64,000 bases of DNA from a virus (Duplodnaviria; Heunggongvirae; Uroviricota; Caudoviricetes), in the IMG/VR virus record IMGVR_UViG_2907227753_000005. One strand, 5' to 3'. Both the position numbers and the translations under genes were made by a program. Position 1 is the stretch's first letter. Every line of letters begins with the position of its first letter. Shown in pieces: positions 19,765 through 30,006 of the stretch. The notes under the pieces were generated by a model, which did no database searches, was not told where the DNA came from, and was given only the letters and a program-made list of their open reading frames with translations.

Positions 19765-20205
19765 CTACTCCTCAAGAGTCACTGAGAACTCAATGACTAC
19801 TGTGAAGCAATACGTGTTTGTCGCATCAACATCCGTCTCAAACCCTTGAACGAAGTAAGACTCGAAACTCTCGATGTCTTGCATGGGGTGAAGCTCTCCA
19901 TCAAACAACTTGATGATTCGGTTTGCAAGACGTTGTGCAGTGTCCACATCATCACTGGTGTAGATGTCAAACACGAACGGGCAAACGTACACATAGTGGT
20001 TATCAGGGTTGCGTCCTCCGTTAGGAGTGTAAAAGGTCACTAACGGCATGTTATCCTCGACCAAGTTAGTGGGCTTGTTTCGCTTTTGAATGCGTCTCGC
20101 CTTAACGAGGTTGTCGGCACTAGCCCCTACTCCTAAGTAGTTTAGAACGTCAAGGTCATTCGCTAACACCTTGTAGATACCGTTGTACAAATCCACGACA
20201 GCCAT
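19765..20205 (-). CDS. Head-tail joining or tail completion protein (146 aa)
   Basis: Position between the connector genes and the tail tube gene. Confidence 0.4.
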   Translation of the reverse strand: MAVVDLYNGIYKVLANDLDVLNYLGVGASADNLVKARRIQKRNKPTNLVEDNMPLVTFYTPNGGRNPDNHYVYVCPFVFDIYTSDDVDTAQRLANRIIKLFDGELHPMQDIESFESYFVQGFETDVDATNTYCFTVVIEFSVTLEE

Positions 20206-20217
20206 AAATACTCCCCC

Positions 20218-20958
20218 TTAGTCTTTTCCGAGAGTGAAGGTCTTCTTGGCTACAAGGTATCTTCTCGGGTCTACCTTGCTAATAGCCGATCTATATTGTT
20301 CCAACACGAACTTCTTGGTCGAGTACTTAGTAAAGGCTTTTCTAAACCAAAACTCTCCCTTGAAGTCTTGTCCTATTCTCTTGAGTACGGGTCTTCTCTC
20401 GCCACCTCTTGGTGAGTTTGTTACACGAGTGTTTCCCCCAAGGTCTCGCCAACGACCCTTCTTGTCCTTCGGCTGAAATACCGAACGGGTTACGGATGGT
20501 TGACCTGCGCTTCTCCATGGGTTAGGGTCTGCCATACCTTCGATCCAGTACCCTGAAGGATCTTGCTTTCCACCGATACCGTACTCGTAGTAGAGACCAA
20601 CATATGATCTCTTGAACGAGGAGTTCTGCTCCATAGCTCCGACACCCATCTTCAGGAGTGTTTGAGCCTTGCCGCCCACCGCGCTTGACATCCACTCGGT
20701 CTGTAGCGCGACAATCGAAGCGATCATATCGTTCCTACGATCACGGTCGCTCATTGGAGCTTGCCCTTCAATACGTACTGTCTTCTTCTCCCTCATATCG
20801 AGCTTCCTTGCATTGGCGAGTGCTTCAGCAAGAATGCTCTGTCTGATGGTCATGGTAGCCGCTTTGAGTTCTCTCTTGAGATCAGTTAGAAACTCCTGCT
20901 CCCTGAAGTAAATGATGTTGTTCTTCTCTGAGGGTCTTCCTCGTCCACCCCGTGCCAT
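20218..20958 (-). CDS. Head-tail connector or neck protein (246 aa)
   Basis: Position in the module. The N-terminus is basic. Confidence 0.4.
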   Translation of the reverse strand: MARGGRGRPSEKNNIIYFREQEFLTDLKRELKAATMTIRQSILAEALANARKLDMREKKTVRIEGQAPMSDRDRRNDMIASIVALQTEWMSSAVGGKAQTLLKMGVGAMEQNSSFKRSYVGLYYEYGIGGKQDPSGYWIEGMADPNPWRSAGQPSVTRSVFQPKDKKGRWRDLGGNTRVTNSPRGGERRPVLKRIGQDFKGEFWFRKAFTKYSTKKFVLEQYRSAISKVDPRRYLVAKKTFTLGKD

Positions 20959-20963
20959 CTACA

Positions 20964-21575
20964 TCACTTCCTTGTCTCGGTACAAACGTCGATCATGACG
21001 CACCCCTCGAAGCTGACAAAATCAAGAGCATCTACCTTGAACGGGGATTTCTTTCCGTTGATGGTGAGACTGATCTTGTCCAGGAGCTTCACGTCAATTA
21101 GCGGGGCGTAGATGCGAAACTCCACCTCAGGGAGTAGACCCATATTCTTCTGCTCAATTACAGCTCGTCCTGACTCCACGTAAACACTAAGCTCATCTGC
21201 CACCATGACGAGGGACTTCTTGATGTTCCCGTATTCGTCTGCTGTCTCCTCAATCCGCTCCAGTGTGATGGAACTGTTGCACTCAAGCATCCTGCAAATC
21301 GTGGCGATCTTGTCCGACTGCACGATCTCATCCATGGAAGCCAGTACAAGGTAGTGGGTATCCGTAATGGCATTGCGTACTAAGTTTCCGTTATGGATAG
21401 TGATCTCAGGTACGAACTGCCCCTGTCGGTGAGCTTCCAAAGAGATTTCAGCGTAAGATACCTTGTTAGCTCTACCTAAAAGGGCTTTGGTCGTTTCAAC
21501 AACGACTCCCGTGGAGTCAATTACCTCAACGGGAGAGCCTTCATCCAATATGATCTGTCTCTTAACGTCCTTCAC
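20964..21575 (-). CDS. Head-tail connector protein (203 aa)
   Basis: Position in the module. Confidence 0.4.
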   Translation of the reverse strand: MKDVKRQIILDEGSPVEVIDSTGVVVETTKALLGRANKVSYAEISLEAHRQGQFVPEITIHNGNLVRNAITDTHYLVLASMDEIVQSDKIATICRMLECNSSITLERIEETADEYGNIKKSLVMVADELSVYVESGRAVIEQKNMGLLPEVEFRIYAPLIDVKLLDKISLTINGKKSPFKVDALDFVSFEGCVMIDVCTETRK

Positions 21576-21581
21576 TTCTCA

Positions 21582-22016
21582 TCACGCCCCCGTATCCCAG
21601 TTTCGATTAGAGGTGATCTTACTAATGAGCGGAGCATCTACTCCGTCACCGTCAACCACTACCGTGCTGATCTGACTTAGGGATGTTTCGTAATCCGCAA
21701 GGAACTGCTGTGCCCTTTCATCCCAATCAACTCTCTCCTTCTTCCACTTCACGTCAATGGTCGATACCTCTTGGTTCACCCGCCGCCCCATGCTAGGGGC
21801 GATCAGGTAACAGATGTAAGAGACCACAGCATTCTGAATCAGTAGGAGATCGACTGCATCAGTGATCGAGGAGTACTCGGGCACCCGCTTGATGACGATT
21901 GCTTCAGCAAGGTCTACGAACAGCGGTTGGTTAATGTCCGTGTCAGGAACCTCTGATTCCTTCGCTCCCAACTTAGATCGAACGACTGTCTCGTACCCAG
22001 TTGTCAGAATAAGCAT
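21582..22016 (-). CDS. Head-tail adaptor or head completion protein (144 aa)
   Basis: Position in the module. Confidence 0.4.
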   Translation of the reverse strand: MLILTTGYETVVRSKLGAKESEVPDTDINQPLFVDLAEAIVIKRVPEYSSITDAVDLLLIQNAVVSYICYLIAPSMGRRVNQEVSTIDVKWKKERVDWDERAQQFLADYETSLSQISTVVVDGDGVDAPLISKITSNRNWDTGA

Positions 22017-22030
22017 GGTGCCCCCTCCTT

Positions 22031-22534
22031 TTAGTTAATGAACTGTTCGATGCGAACCGTAGGTCGGCTTGCAGATCGAACGAATACCTTCACCGCACCC
22101 TTGAACTCTTTCGACTCCCCAGGGGCAATACGGTCAGCAGGATCAAAGCTAACCATATCCACGTCCGAGTATAGGTCTCCCGCACCCAGGTTCGTGATAA
22201 CCACACGCTTAGCTTCAGGGTGTACGCCGATGATCTTGTTCTCGTACAGACGGAGCTGATAGTCGTAGGCTACTAGCGGCTCATCGTCGTTAGCCTGGAC
22301 TGCACCATCATTGCTTGGGGCTTCAGGCTGTTCTTGCCCGACAACTGCTTCGCCAGTTCCTCCTTCTTTCTCTTGAGTTCCTGTGTCTGCTTGTCCATCC
22401 TGACCTTCCTCCTTCTCTTTGAGCAGTGCTCTCAGCTCGTTATATTCCAGTTCCTCGATCTGCTCAGCAGGTACACCGAGGTCTTTAAGTGCTTTGATTA
22501 CGTCAGCCTTCTTCATGGGGATAGCCCTCCTCAA
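22031..22534 (-). CDS. Capsid-associated acidic protein (167 aa)
   Basis: Directly downstream of the major capsid protein. The middle of the protein is Gly/Gln/Glu-rich. Confidence 0.4.
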   Translation of the reverse strand: MRRAIPMKKADVIKALKDLGVPAEQIEELEYNELRALLKEKEEGQDGQADTGTQEKEGGTGEAVVGQEQPEAPSNDGAVQANDDEPLVAYDYQLRLYENKIIGVHPEAKRVVITNLGAGDLYSDVDMVSFDPADRIAPGESKEFKGAVKVFVRSASRPTVRIEQFIN

Positions 22535-22605
22535 TTGGTTTTGATATAAGAAAAGTCGCTACCGCTAGGCGATAGCCTTACAGTAGCGACCTATTGTGGC
22601 GTGGA

Positions 22606-23577
22606 TTAGGAGAACGGAGTTACCGCGTCTGCAAAGATGAAGCCCGCAACATCGGAGATCATCTTTTGGTTGTACCAACGCTCAGCTTCTACGATGGTAG
22701 CCTTACGACCAACCTCGTACCACTTACGTACTTGTACAGCACCTTGGTTGTCCTTATTCCACATGAAGCTGTATCCGAGGGATACTTGCTTCTTACCAGG
22801 GCGCGGTGCGATGTAAGCAAGAACTACAGAGGTTCCCCAAATGTAGTTCAAGTCTTCACGCTGACCTGGGAGGTAAGAACCTGCATTCGTGGCATCAGAT
22901 ACCAGTGCAGAACCTACCAAGAAGTTATCAACGCCGAACACCGCTTTCAGCAACTCTTGCGAGATGATGCCGCGCTCAACGTACTTGATAACGTCCTTGA
23001 TCTTAGGGTGAAGTTTCAGCACGTTCAGCACTTGCTCGGACATAATCATCGTGTTAGGACGAATACCCGATTTCTTGTGCAGTGCTTCCTTCGCCTTGTG
23101 TACATCAAGGATTGGGTCGGAGTTTTCGTAGTCACTCCACTTGTACGTACCCGCCGAACCGAGCGTCAGGCGCAGGTCGTTGTGGTAGTTGTTCGCGTTC
23201 ATGACTTGGTTAGCCGCGTCAACCTCTTTGTTCAAGAGGATACCTTCGGTAACAAGCTCCGTACCTTCACTTTCCAGGTCGAACTCCTCATCGGCGTTAG
23301 CCGTTTCTTCGTCAGCAATAGCGTGACGCAGGGCGTGTCCCTCAGTGAAGTACGTATCATTGGAAAGCGTCCAGTTGATCTCATTCGCTTCCGTACCAGG
23401 GGCACGAAGGTCGTTATGAGTACGGAACTTCTCCATACCGTACACGTAGTAGCGGTCAGACTGCTTCTTTACTTCCAACGGTTTGAAGATAGAGTCAGCG
23501 ATATACGCTTCATTCTTGTAGCCGATGGAGATGTTCGACAGGGTTTTGTCGATATGCACCTTCTGAACTGTTGGCAT
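22606..23577 (-). CDS. Major capsid protein (323 aa, HK97-fold type)
   Basis: Size, composition and position after the scaffold/decoration genes and before the connectors. The antisense 350-aa plus-strand ORF over it was rejected. Confidence 0.7.
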   Translation of the reverse strand: MPTVQKVHIDKTLSNISIGYKNEAYIADSIFKPLEVKKQSDRYYVYGMEKFRTHNDLRAPGTEANEINWTLSNDTYFTEGHALRHAIADEETANADEEFDLESEGTELVTEGILLNKEVDAANQVMNANNYHNDLRLTLGSAGTYKWSDYENSDPILDVHKAKEALHKKSGIRPNTMIMSEQVLNVLKLHPKIKDVIKYVERGIISQELLKAVFGVDNFLVGSALVSDATNAGSYLPGQREDLNYIWGTSVVLAYIAPRPGKKQVSLGYSFMWNKDNQGAVQVRKWYEVGRKATIVEAERWYNQKMISDVAGFIFADAVTPFS

Positions 23578-23638
23578 CTATGTCACTCCTTAATTAGTTG
23601 TGGGATGGGGGAAAGGCTCCGTTATCGAAGCCCCTTTA

Positions 23639-24073
23639 CTACTTAGTGAAGACGTGGTATTGCATCCGTACAGGGATTACATCACCTGCAACCCCGCCCT
23701 TTTCAGCGAAGCCCAGTACGTTGTAAATTCCCGCAGGAGCGTTGTCCACGGAATCACCCTTACCACCTGCAACCGCGTAGATGCGGTCAGTTACCGACAC
23801 GGTACCATCGAGGGTAACCAGTGCGATACCTTCCAGTTTGATTGCGATTTGGCGACCTGCTTGAGAACCACCATCACGCAACGGGTCATCTAGTCGCTCG
23901 TCGTTGTCGGCTACACCCAATGGGATAGCATTGGCACCTGAAATTTTCGTCAGGTCTTCGCCGCTGTGCTCAACGATGCGGTACAGAGGAATCTCGTTCT
24001 TCCCTGTGTCAGGGTTGACGTTGTTCGGGTCGATACGGTAAGACTTTTGAAGTCTTGTGAATTGACCTGCCAT
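23639..24073 (-). CDS. Capsid decoration or capsid-associated protein (144 aa)
   Basis: Small Gly/Asp-rich protein directly upstream of the MCP and coupled to it. Confidence 0.4.
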   Translation of the reverse strand: MAGQFTRLQKSYRIDPNNVNPDTGKNEIPLYRIVEHSGEDLTKISGANAIPLGVADNDERLDDPLRDGGSQAGRQIAIKLEGIALVTLDGTVSVTDRIYAVAGGKGDSVDNAPAGIYNVLGFAEKGGVAGDVIPVRMQYHVFTK

Positions 24074-25560
24074 TACTCAGCACTCCCATCTGCGTTGGAA
24101 TATTTCTTGAACATGAGCTTAGTTGCATCCGTAATGGAAACACCTTGCTCTTTTGCGTACTTGGTAGCTTCATCAGCTACGAAGTTACGGAACTCGGTCT
24201 CAGTCTCGAAGTCCTCTCGGGATTTCGGTTGACCGTTGTTCAGGCGTTGTTCTCCACCTACACTACCGTCAGTAATCCGTGCTCCTGCAAAGCGAGTGTT
24301 GACCTCAGCTTCAAAGCCTTGGATTACCTCTTTGATCTCAGCAACGGACAAGGTTCCAAGGAACTTCTCGTACATTGTCTTGTTGAAGGCATTACCTTGT
24401 GCTCGTACACCAAGGTCGAGAGCTTGTTCAGACAAGTCTTGACGATAGGTGTTAGCCAGTTCAGCCTTCTCCGTCAGCTCCTCGTTCGTGCGAGTCAGCT
24501 CCTCGATGGTCACGTCTTTAGTAGCAGAGAGTTGTTTCTCAGCTTCCAAGTTCGTAGCCGCAGTTGCTAGTTCTCCGCGAACAGATTCAAGATCAGCAGT
24601 CAAAGTACCGACCTGTGCGTCTTTAGCCGCGAATGCTTCTTTCACTTTGGCAGTCAGTTCGTCGGGAGTTTGTGTCTCGGTAATCTCAACACCTACTTGC
24701 GAGAACATTGCTTGAAGTTTTGCAAATTCCACTTCGGATTCACTCCTTTGCTTCAGATATTCAGCACCGTTGGTACGATCAGCACTATCCGTGAACAGTA
24801 CAGAACCATCTCTCGTGTAGTACTGGGTAATAGTCGCGTTCAACGGGATGTTTTTGAAGTTCTCTACTAGATGTAGTTTAGAACCTTTAGATTCTCCGCT
24901 AACGCTCTCACCACGAGAAAAGTTATTCTTGATCGTGGCTCTGTTACATGCACCCGCATATACAAGAGAGTTCTCAAGTAATTCACCGTCTCCGTCTTCT
25001 CCCGCGATAACATAACAAGTCTCGGTTCTGAATACTCCGTCATCACCTTTGATCTCGTACTGTTCTCCTGGGTAGTGCGAACAGTTCATGTAGTCACGAA
25101 TGTCGTGATTACAAAGAGAGCAGTTCCACGTTGCGGCATTGAAGCCGATAGACGTATCAAAGATAGTCCCTGCATCAATCCCCTTCACAAGGTCATCTGT
25201 ACTCATACCGCTCTCGGTCTGTCGCCCAAGGTCGATATAGAACTGTCCGTAAACTGATTGGGTGTACCCGTATTCCTCATCAAACTCCTCACGAATATCC
25301 GCACCGAAGGAACGACCTACGGGAAGACTTCTGCTGTTGTGGTTCATCAGAAGCCCTACCCCTCTGTTCGCGTCCTTGACGAATTTCCGAAGAAGGTTCG
25401 GGTGCAACTTGGAGGAGTATGAAGTCACTTGGTCGTCGATCATCATGTTGGGGAAGACGTAAACTTCCTCCTCAGTCAGCTCTCGGGCTGTGAACTTATT
25501 AATCCGCGCAAGTTGCTCGGGTGTTGGTCTTGGCATTTGAACACCTCCTGGATTCATCAA
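24073..25560 (-). CDS. Prohead protease/scaffolding-like protein (495 aa)
   Basis: A globular N-terminal half is followed by a long coiled-coil C-terminal half (EEL...TEKAEL...). The gene lies between the portal and the capsid gene. Confidence 0.5.
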   Translation of the reverse strand: MMNPGGVQMPRPTPEQLARINKFTARELTEEEVYVFPNMMIDDQVTSYSSKLHPNLLRKFVKDANRGVGLLMNHNSRSLPVGRSFGADIREEFDEEYGYTQSVYGQFYIDLGRQTESGMSTDDLVKGIDAGTIFDTSIGFNAATWNCSLCNHDIRDYMNCSHYPGEQYEIKGDDGVFRTETCYVIAGEDGDGELLENSLVYAGACNRATIKNNFSRGESVSGESKGSKLHLVENFKNIPLNATITQYYTRDGSVLFTDSADRTNGAEYLKQRSESEVEFAKLQAMFSQVGVEITETQTPDELTAKVKEAFAAKDAQVGTLTADLESVRGELATAATNLEAEKQLSATKDVTIEELTRTNEELTEKAELANTYRQDLSEQALDLGVRAQGNAFNKTMYEKFLGTLSVAEIKEVIQGFEAEVNTRFAGARITDGSVGGEQRLNNGQPKSREDFETETEFRNFVADEATKYAKEQGVSITDATKLMFKKYSNADGSAE

Positions 25561-25594
25561 CTCTTAACTTAGAGTAGACACTTCCCCTCAAACA

Positions 25595-27184
25595 TCACTT
25601 GGTGGTGTCTGAGGAGTCTGTAGGTGTCTTCTCGTCTGTACTTCCGCTTGTTGCCCCGCCATCCTTGTTCTGAACCGTGCTCTTACCAAGGTGCTCCCAA
25701 TCAGGTTCAGCAACGGCAGGAGTGCCCACAGCACCGATAGAAGCCGTGTCTTGGTCAACCCAACCTTGGTCACGCTTGTAAGCCCAGTTTTGAAGTGCGA
25801 TCTGCTCGAATTGTGCTTGCTCAAGCTCGGTACGAATTTCTACAGGCTCGAACTTAAATTCCACAACCCCTTGCTTCCCCATGACGTTGAGGTACAGCGT
25901 GAGTGCGCGACTCATGATTCGCTCGACAACCTCTTGCATGGCTTCTACACCTTTCAGGTAGAGCTTGATCTCCATCTTTGCAAAGCTCTCTGTGTTGCCC
26001 GTAGAGCGTCTTCCGAGGATGGTGGATAATGTTTTAAGTCCTGCTGTGATAAGCCCGTCAATGGCTCTCATAAGCTTCTCAGGGTCGATCAGGGAGCCCC
26101 CTCCACCACCGCCCTTGCCGCCGACCATTCCGATCTCAATGGAGTTGAAATGCACGAACGTGTCGTCCACTTCCAGGTCGTTGTACATGTCGATGATTTC
26201 TCTCAGCTTCTCATTGAGCCACTTCTGCTTCTCCTTCTCGTTGTTGCGAATGTTGATAGGCATACGTTGAAGGAGAACGTCCTCAAGGATGGTGATGTCA
26301 AAGCGTGGGTAGCCTTGGTTGTGGACTACCGCCTTGATGTCATTCAGAACTTGCATTTGGAACATCACCATGTTGATTGCACCTATTAGCGGAGAACGTC
26401 CGTACGGATCGTCGATGCGGGCATCTAGTGTCTCGTATAGGAATGTAGGGATGTCCAAGCTGATTCTGTCTGTATCCTGGTAAGGGATATATCTCTCGTT
26501 CTCGTACTTAAAGGTGATCGTCCCTGGGTCTACAGGGGCGAAGAATGCCACGTTCTTCAAATCCTGGGTAAGAACCAACTCAAGTGCGCCCGCCCCACGG
26601 GTCACCACGCTCAGCAAGAGTGAGTTCAGTACTTTATGGATTGAGTGAGATGGCTCGAACTGCATAATGTTTGGTGCTTCAAGGCGTTGGAACAACTCTC
26701 GAATCAACTTCTCTCCCGCCTTGTCCGTCTTGTCACTCCCGACCTTGTACACGTTGGTGGTGAACTTTCCTCGCCCGAGTCGCAAGAAGTTCCATAGGGC
26801 GAACGATACGTCAGGGTGAGCGTCGATCAGAATGTCCAAGAGGTCTTCAATGGAGGAAGACGATAATGAACGGTCATCCAGTCGTAAGTCCCGCTGAGCT
26901 ACACGGCTCAGGGAACCACCCGCACCGCCGCCGCCCGTTGCGAACTTAGGGATCGTCGTTCGGGTTCCACCAAACTCAGAAGTGCTTTCTCCCGACCATA
27001 GCGGGTCACTACTTGTGGTGATTTCCCCTGCTAAGTTCTGCCCGCGCTTTCTGCCGCCGCCGAGAAAACTCTTGAAGAAACCTTCTTTAGCTTCAGGTGA
27101 TCTCTGCGTAGACTGTTGCTGTCGCCCTGTATTGGCGGGCTTGTTCCTGCGAAACAGGCTTGTAAATCTATCGAGTAAACCCAC
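25595..27184 (-). CDS. Portal protein (529 aa)
   Basis: About 530 aa in the late module after TerL. The termini are acidic or Gly-rich. The call is largely positional. Confidence 0.6.
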   Translation of the reverse strand: MGLLDRFTSLFRRNKPANTGRQQQSTQRSPEAKEGFFKSFLGGGRKRGQNLAGEITTSSDPLWSGESTSEFGGTRTTIPKFATGGGGAGGSLSRVAQRDLRLDDRSLSSSSIEDLLDILIDAHPDVSFALWNFLRLGRGKFTTNVYKVGSDKTDKAGEKLIRELFQRLEAPNIMQFEPSHSIHKVLNSLLLSVVTRGAGALELVLTQDLKNVAFFAPVDPGTITFKYENERYIPYQDTDRISLDIPTFLYETLDARIDDPYGRSPLIGAINMVMFQMQVLNDIKAVVHNQGYPRFDITILEDVLLQRMPINIRNNEKEKQKWLNEKLREIIDMYNDLEVDDTFVHFNSIEIGMVGGKGGGGGGSLIDPEKLMRAIDGLITAGLKTLSTILGRRSTGNTESFAKMEIKLYLKGVEAMQEVVERIMSRALTLYLNVMGKQGVVEFKFEPVEIRTELEQAQFEQIALQNWAYKRDQGWVDQDTASIGAVGTPAVAEPDWEHLGKSTVQNKDGGATSGSTDEKTPTDSSDTTK

Positions 27185-27199
27185 TCGTTACACCTCCTC

Positions 27200-27973
27200 T
27201 TAGATCAAATCATCAATCTTGTGGAACACTTTGCGGTGCTCCTCCGCGAATAACTGAACGACTCCGTATCCTGGAAGACTTGCAGGGAATCCCTTCTGTT
27301 CTCCGTAGCCGCCGTGTACGAGGGATGCTCCCGTGTTCACGAACATTTGCTTCAAAGTAACTGGCTCGTCCTTTCCAGGTGCAGGCAAGAATACTTCTCT
27401 CTCGAACTTCAAGAGCTTGTGTGTATGCCCCATGAAGTACATATGAGCAACCGCTGTCTCGCGCATCTTCAACATAGCGTTGATTACAGACGCTTCCGTA
27501 GTACCGCCAGTGGCTCCGTGCCATGCGTATGCGGAATAGGTCTGTCCACTGCCTAGGTTGTAGTTCACGATTCCCGAGAACTTTCCGTATGCATCAGGTC
27601 TACCGATACGGTGGCAGAACTCTTGCATGATCTCGAAGGACGTGTCTCGGATAATACGTTCCTCGTGGTTACCTTCAATTACGATGTCGATCAGGTCTGC
27701 TACAGGCTTGAACGTCTCCACCGCCACCTCAAACTGTCTTTGAGTCGGGTACGTTTCTTCGTAAACAGATCGACCTACAGATGTTTTAGTCGCAACCTCC
27801 ATGAGGTCTCCCATCAGAACGATACGAGTTCTATTGCGATTCTTTACTGCAAACTGCAAGGCTTTATCCAGGTACTTGGGGTTGTATTGTTTACTACCGA
27901 AGTGAATGTCTCCAATAGGCAGGACATACATCGACTGGTGTGAACCGCTATAGCCTGATAAGAACTGCTTCAT
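27200..27973 (-). CDS. Calcineurin-like metallophosphoesterase (257 aa)
   Basis: Motifs GDIHFG, GDLME and GNHEER match the metallophosphoesterase GDxHG/GDxxD/GNHE signatures. Confidence 0.7.
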   Translation of the reverse strand: MKQFLSGYSGSHQSMYVLPIGDIHFGSKQYNPKYLDKALQFAVKNRNRTRIVLMGDLMEVATKTSVGRSVYEETYPTQRQFEVAVETFKPVADLIDIVIEGNHEERIIRDTSFEIMQEFCHRIGRPDAYGKFSGIVNYNLGSGQTYSAYAWHGATGGTTEASVINAMLKMRETAVAHMYFMGHTHKLLKFEREVFLPAPGKDEPVTLKQMFVNTGASLVHGGYGEQKGFPASLPGYGVVQLFAEEHRKVFHKIDDLI

Positions 27974-28195
27974 CTCTTACTCCTCCCCACATTTGGTCTT
28001 TACATAGATTAGACCGAAACGGGTAGGCGGCAACGCGGATCGCGGCGGCGGGTGGGGCGGCGAGGATATAAGAAAAAGAGCCTACCGAAGATAGGCAGAC
28101 TCTTTAAAAAAGGGTTCCGAGCACAGCGAGGATATTAGTACTGGTTATGCTCATAACGGTTGTTATTAACTTTATATTCTTTGTGCTCAAAATTT

Positions 28196-28278
28196 GGGAT
28201 TTCATGTCCCAAAAAATAGGATTTCATGTCCCAAAAAACAGGATTTCATGTCCCAAAAAATAGGATTTTATCCCACTA
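28196..28278. repeat. 3.5 tandem copies of a 22-bp unit (ggatttcatgtcccaaaaaaXag) directly downstream of the terL stop
   Basis: Visible direct repetition. Each unit holds a small palindrome ggga-N7-tccc followed by an A/T run. Confidence 0.7.
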
Positions 28279-28285
28279 AAGTCTC

Positions 28286-30001
28286 CTATGCTTTCCGTCT
28301 TGCTCCTTGGATCACAGGCATAGCAAAGTGCTCGATAGACTCTACTTCATCGGTTGAGCAAATCCACGAAGCACCTGCACGAGCATCAGAGAAGTCTTTC
28401 GTCTTGTCCTTGTCGTGGTCGATCTTGTTCCCGTTGATGAGCTTCATGTGGCGTAGCTCCTCGTTAGCATTCATGTGAGTCTCGTCGGGAATGATGTGGT
28501 CAAGAAGCTCGATCATACCTGTATAGATCAAACCCTTCAGGTTCGTGTAGATTTGCAACTGGAATGGGTTAGACCAGTTTTTATCCTCCGCTTCAACACC
28601 GTACTGCATGAGCCGCTGAACAACATCTGCCGAGTTAAACTTATCGAACAGTGCCTTCTTAACGTGAACCTGCTGACAGATCATCTCAAGGATTTCTGCT
28701 ACATTCAGGAGGTCTACTGGAAGACGTTCCTTCTTAGAAGGCTTCCATTCGAGAATCAAGTCTTCTACAGGTTTGTTCACCCACTTCTCCACGATCTCCC
28801 CATTCTCGTTCACTTGGATAACTGTAGGCTCCGCATGGAATAACGAGATACAGTAGGAGTCCGTTTCGACACCACCGTCACCGCCCAGGTAGTAAGTAAA
28901 GGATGGATCAAGGTTCAGGTTGTGTACCTCAAGTCCGAGGAAATGTCGCTCCACACCGTTCTGAAGGGTGCGTGTAGAGATTTTAGTCTGCACCACTAGG
29001 TTAGAGCACTGCGACTGCTTACCGACTTGGATAACCTCGTCAATGCGCTCAGGGAACTGGAATAGACCTTCCTTGTACTTTGGTGGAATACACTCATACT
29101 TCATCATTGAGCCTTCAGGGTCACGGTCATAGTCCTTCTTAAAGGATGCCTGACTCTTAGATGTGTTTACCTCCCACGTCTTTCCAATCATCCCGTAAAC
29201 CTCGGGGTCTCCTTGTAGAAACTCCTCGTACTTCTTGAACATGAAGTCATCCTGGGAACGAGGGAAGGAGATGAAGATCATGAAAGACTTGCTCTCGTAA
29301 CGAGACAACGCAGAGGAACGGAATGTAGCATAAGCGTCTTCAGCCTTATCATACTCAAAGCCCGCAATCTCATCGAAGATGATTACAAGAGGGTTGTATC
29401 CCTCGAAGGAGTCAGCTTCGGAGTGAGCGGAGTGAGCCGTGATATTCTTGTAGAAGCGGATTTGGTTCTTAGTTAACTGGAACTCGTTCGGAGATTTAGG
29501 TTCCTGAGAAACCCTCTTGAACCAAGGGCAGTTGTTCAGACGAGCCTTCAACTTCTTGAAGTATACGTTGTTCGCTTGGTACGCATTGATCGCCACGTTA
29601 ACCAAGTCAATGTTCTCGTCCTGACCGAACCCGAAGTAGTCCTGTGGGTCGTTCATACACGCCAGGAGATAGCCTACATAAGCCAGTATGCCGCTTGCTA
29701 GGAAGTCCTTGCCACTACCCTTCCCGAACATTACAACAAGCTCTGTGACCTGTCTGAGGTCTTCAGCGCACAACTTATCGTCGCCAGTCATCTTATACCA
29801 CAAGATGTCGTTACATTTCTCCAACAGCTCAGTCTGTTTCCCTGGGTATGGTCTCTCGTTACAGAAATCCTTGGACGAGAAGAATGTCACGAGATCGACA
29901 GGCTCCTCTCGCCAAATCCCCGTCTTCTGTACGTTACCCTCGGCTAGGTTGATGAAGTCATCCATCAGACTTCCCAAGAGATCATCTGCCATATATGTCA
30001 C
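28286..30001 (-). CDS. terL: Terminase large subunit (571 aa)
   Basis: The N-terminal ATPase region carries a Walker A-like FGKGSGKD and a Walker B-like VIIFDEIAGF. The C-terminal half is nuclease-like. Size and position fit. Confidence 0.85.
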   Translation of the reverse strand: MTYMADDLLGSLMDDFINLAEGNVQKTGIWREEPVDLVTFFSSKDFCNERPYPGKQTELLEKCNDILWYKMTGDDKLCAEDLRQVTELVVMFGKGSGKDFLASGILAYVGYLLACMNDPQDYFGFGQDENIDLVNVAINAYQANNVYFKKLKARLNNCPWFKRVSQEPKSPNEFQLTKNQIRFYKNITAHSAHSEADSFEGYNPLVIIFDEIAGFEYDKAEDAYATFRSSALSRYESKSFMIFISFPRSQDDFMFKKYEEFLQGDPEVYGMIGKTWEVNTSKSQASFKKDYDRDPEGSMMKYECIPPKYKEGLFQFPERIDEVIQVGKQSQCSNLVVQTKISTRTLQNGVERHFLGLEVHNLNLDPSFTYYLGGDGGVETDSYCISLFHAEPTVIQVNENGEIVEKWVNKPVEDLILEWKPSKKERLPVDLLNVAEILEMICQQVHVKKALFDKFNSADVVQRLMQYGVEAEDKNWSNPFQLQIYTNLKGLIYTGMIELLDHIIPDETHMNANEELRHMKLINGNKIDHDKDKTKDFSDARAGASWICSTDEVESIEHFAMPVIQGARRKA

Positions 30002-30006
30002 CCTCC

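Noticed and set aside
22594-23646. 350-aa plus-strand ORF
   Set aside because: It is antisense to the major capsid gene and its neighbours. It has no RBS, and its Arg/Val/Leu-rich composition is typical of the reverse frame.
28196-28278. Possible CRISPR array
   Set aside because: The repeat unit is 22 bp with no intervening unique spacers. The copies are directly adjacent, so this is a simple tandem repeat.
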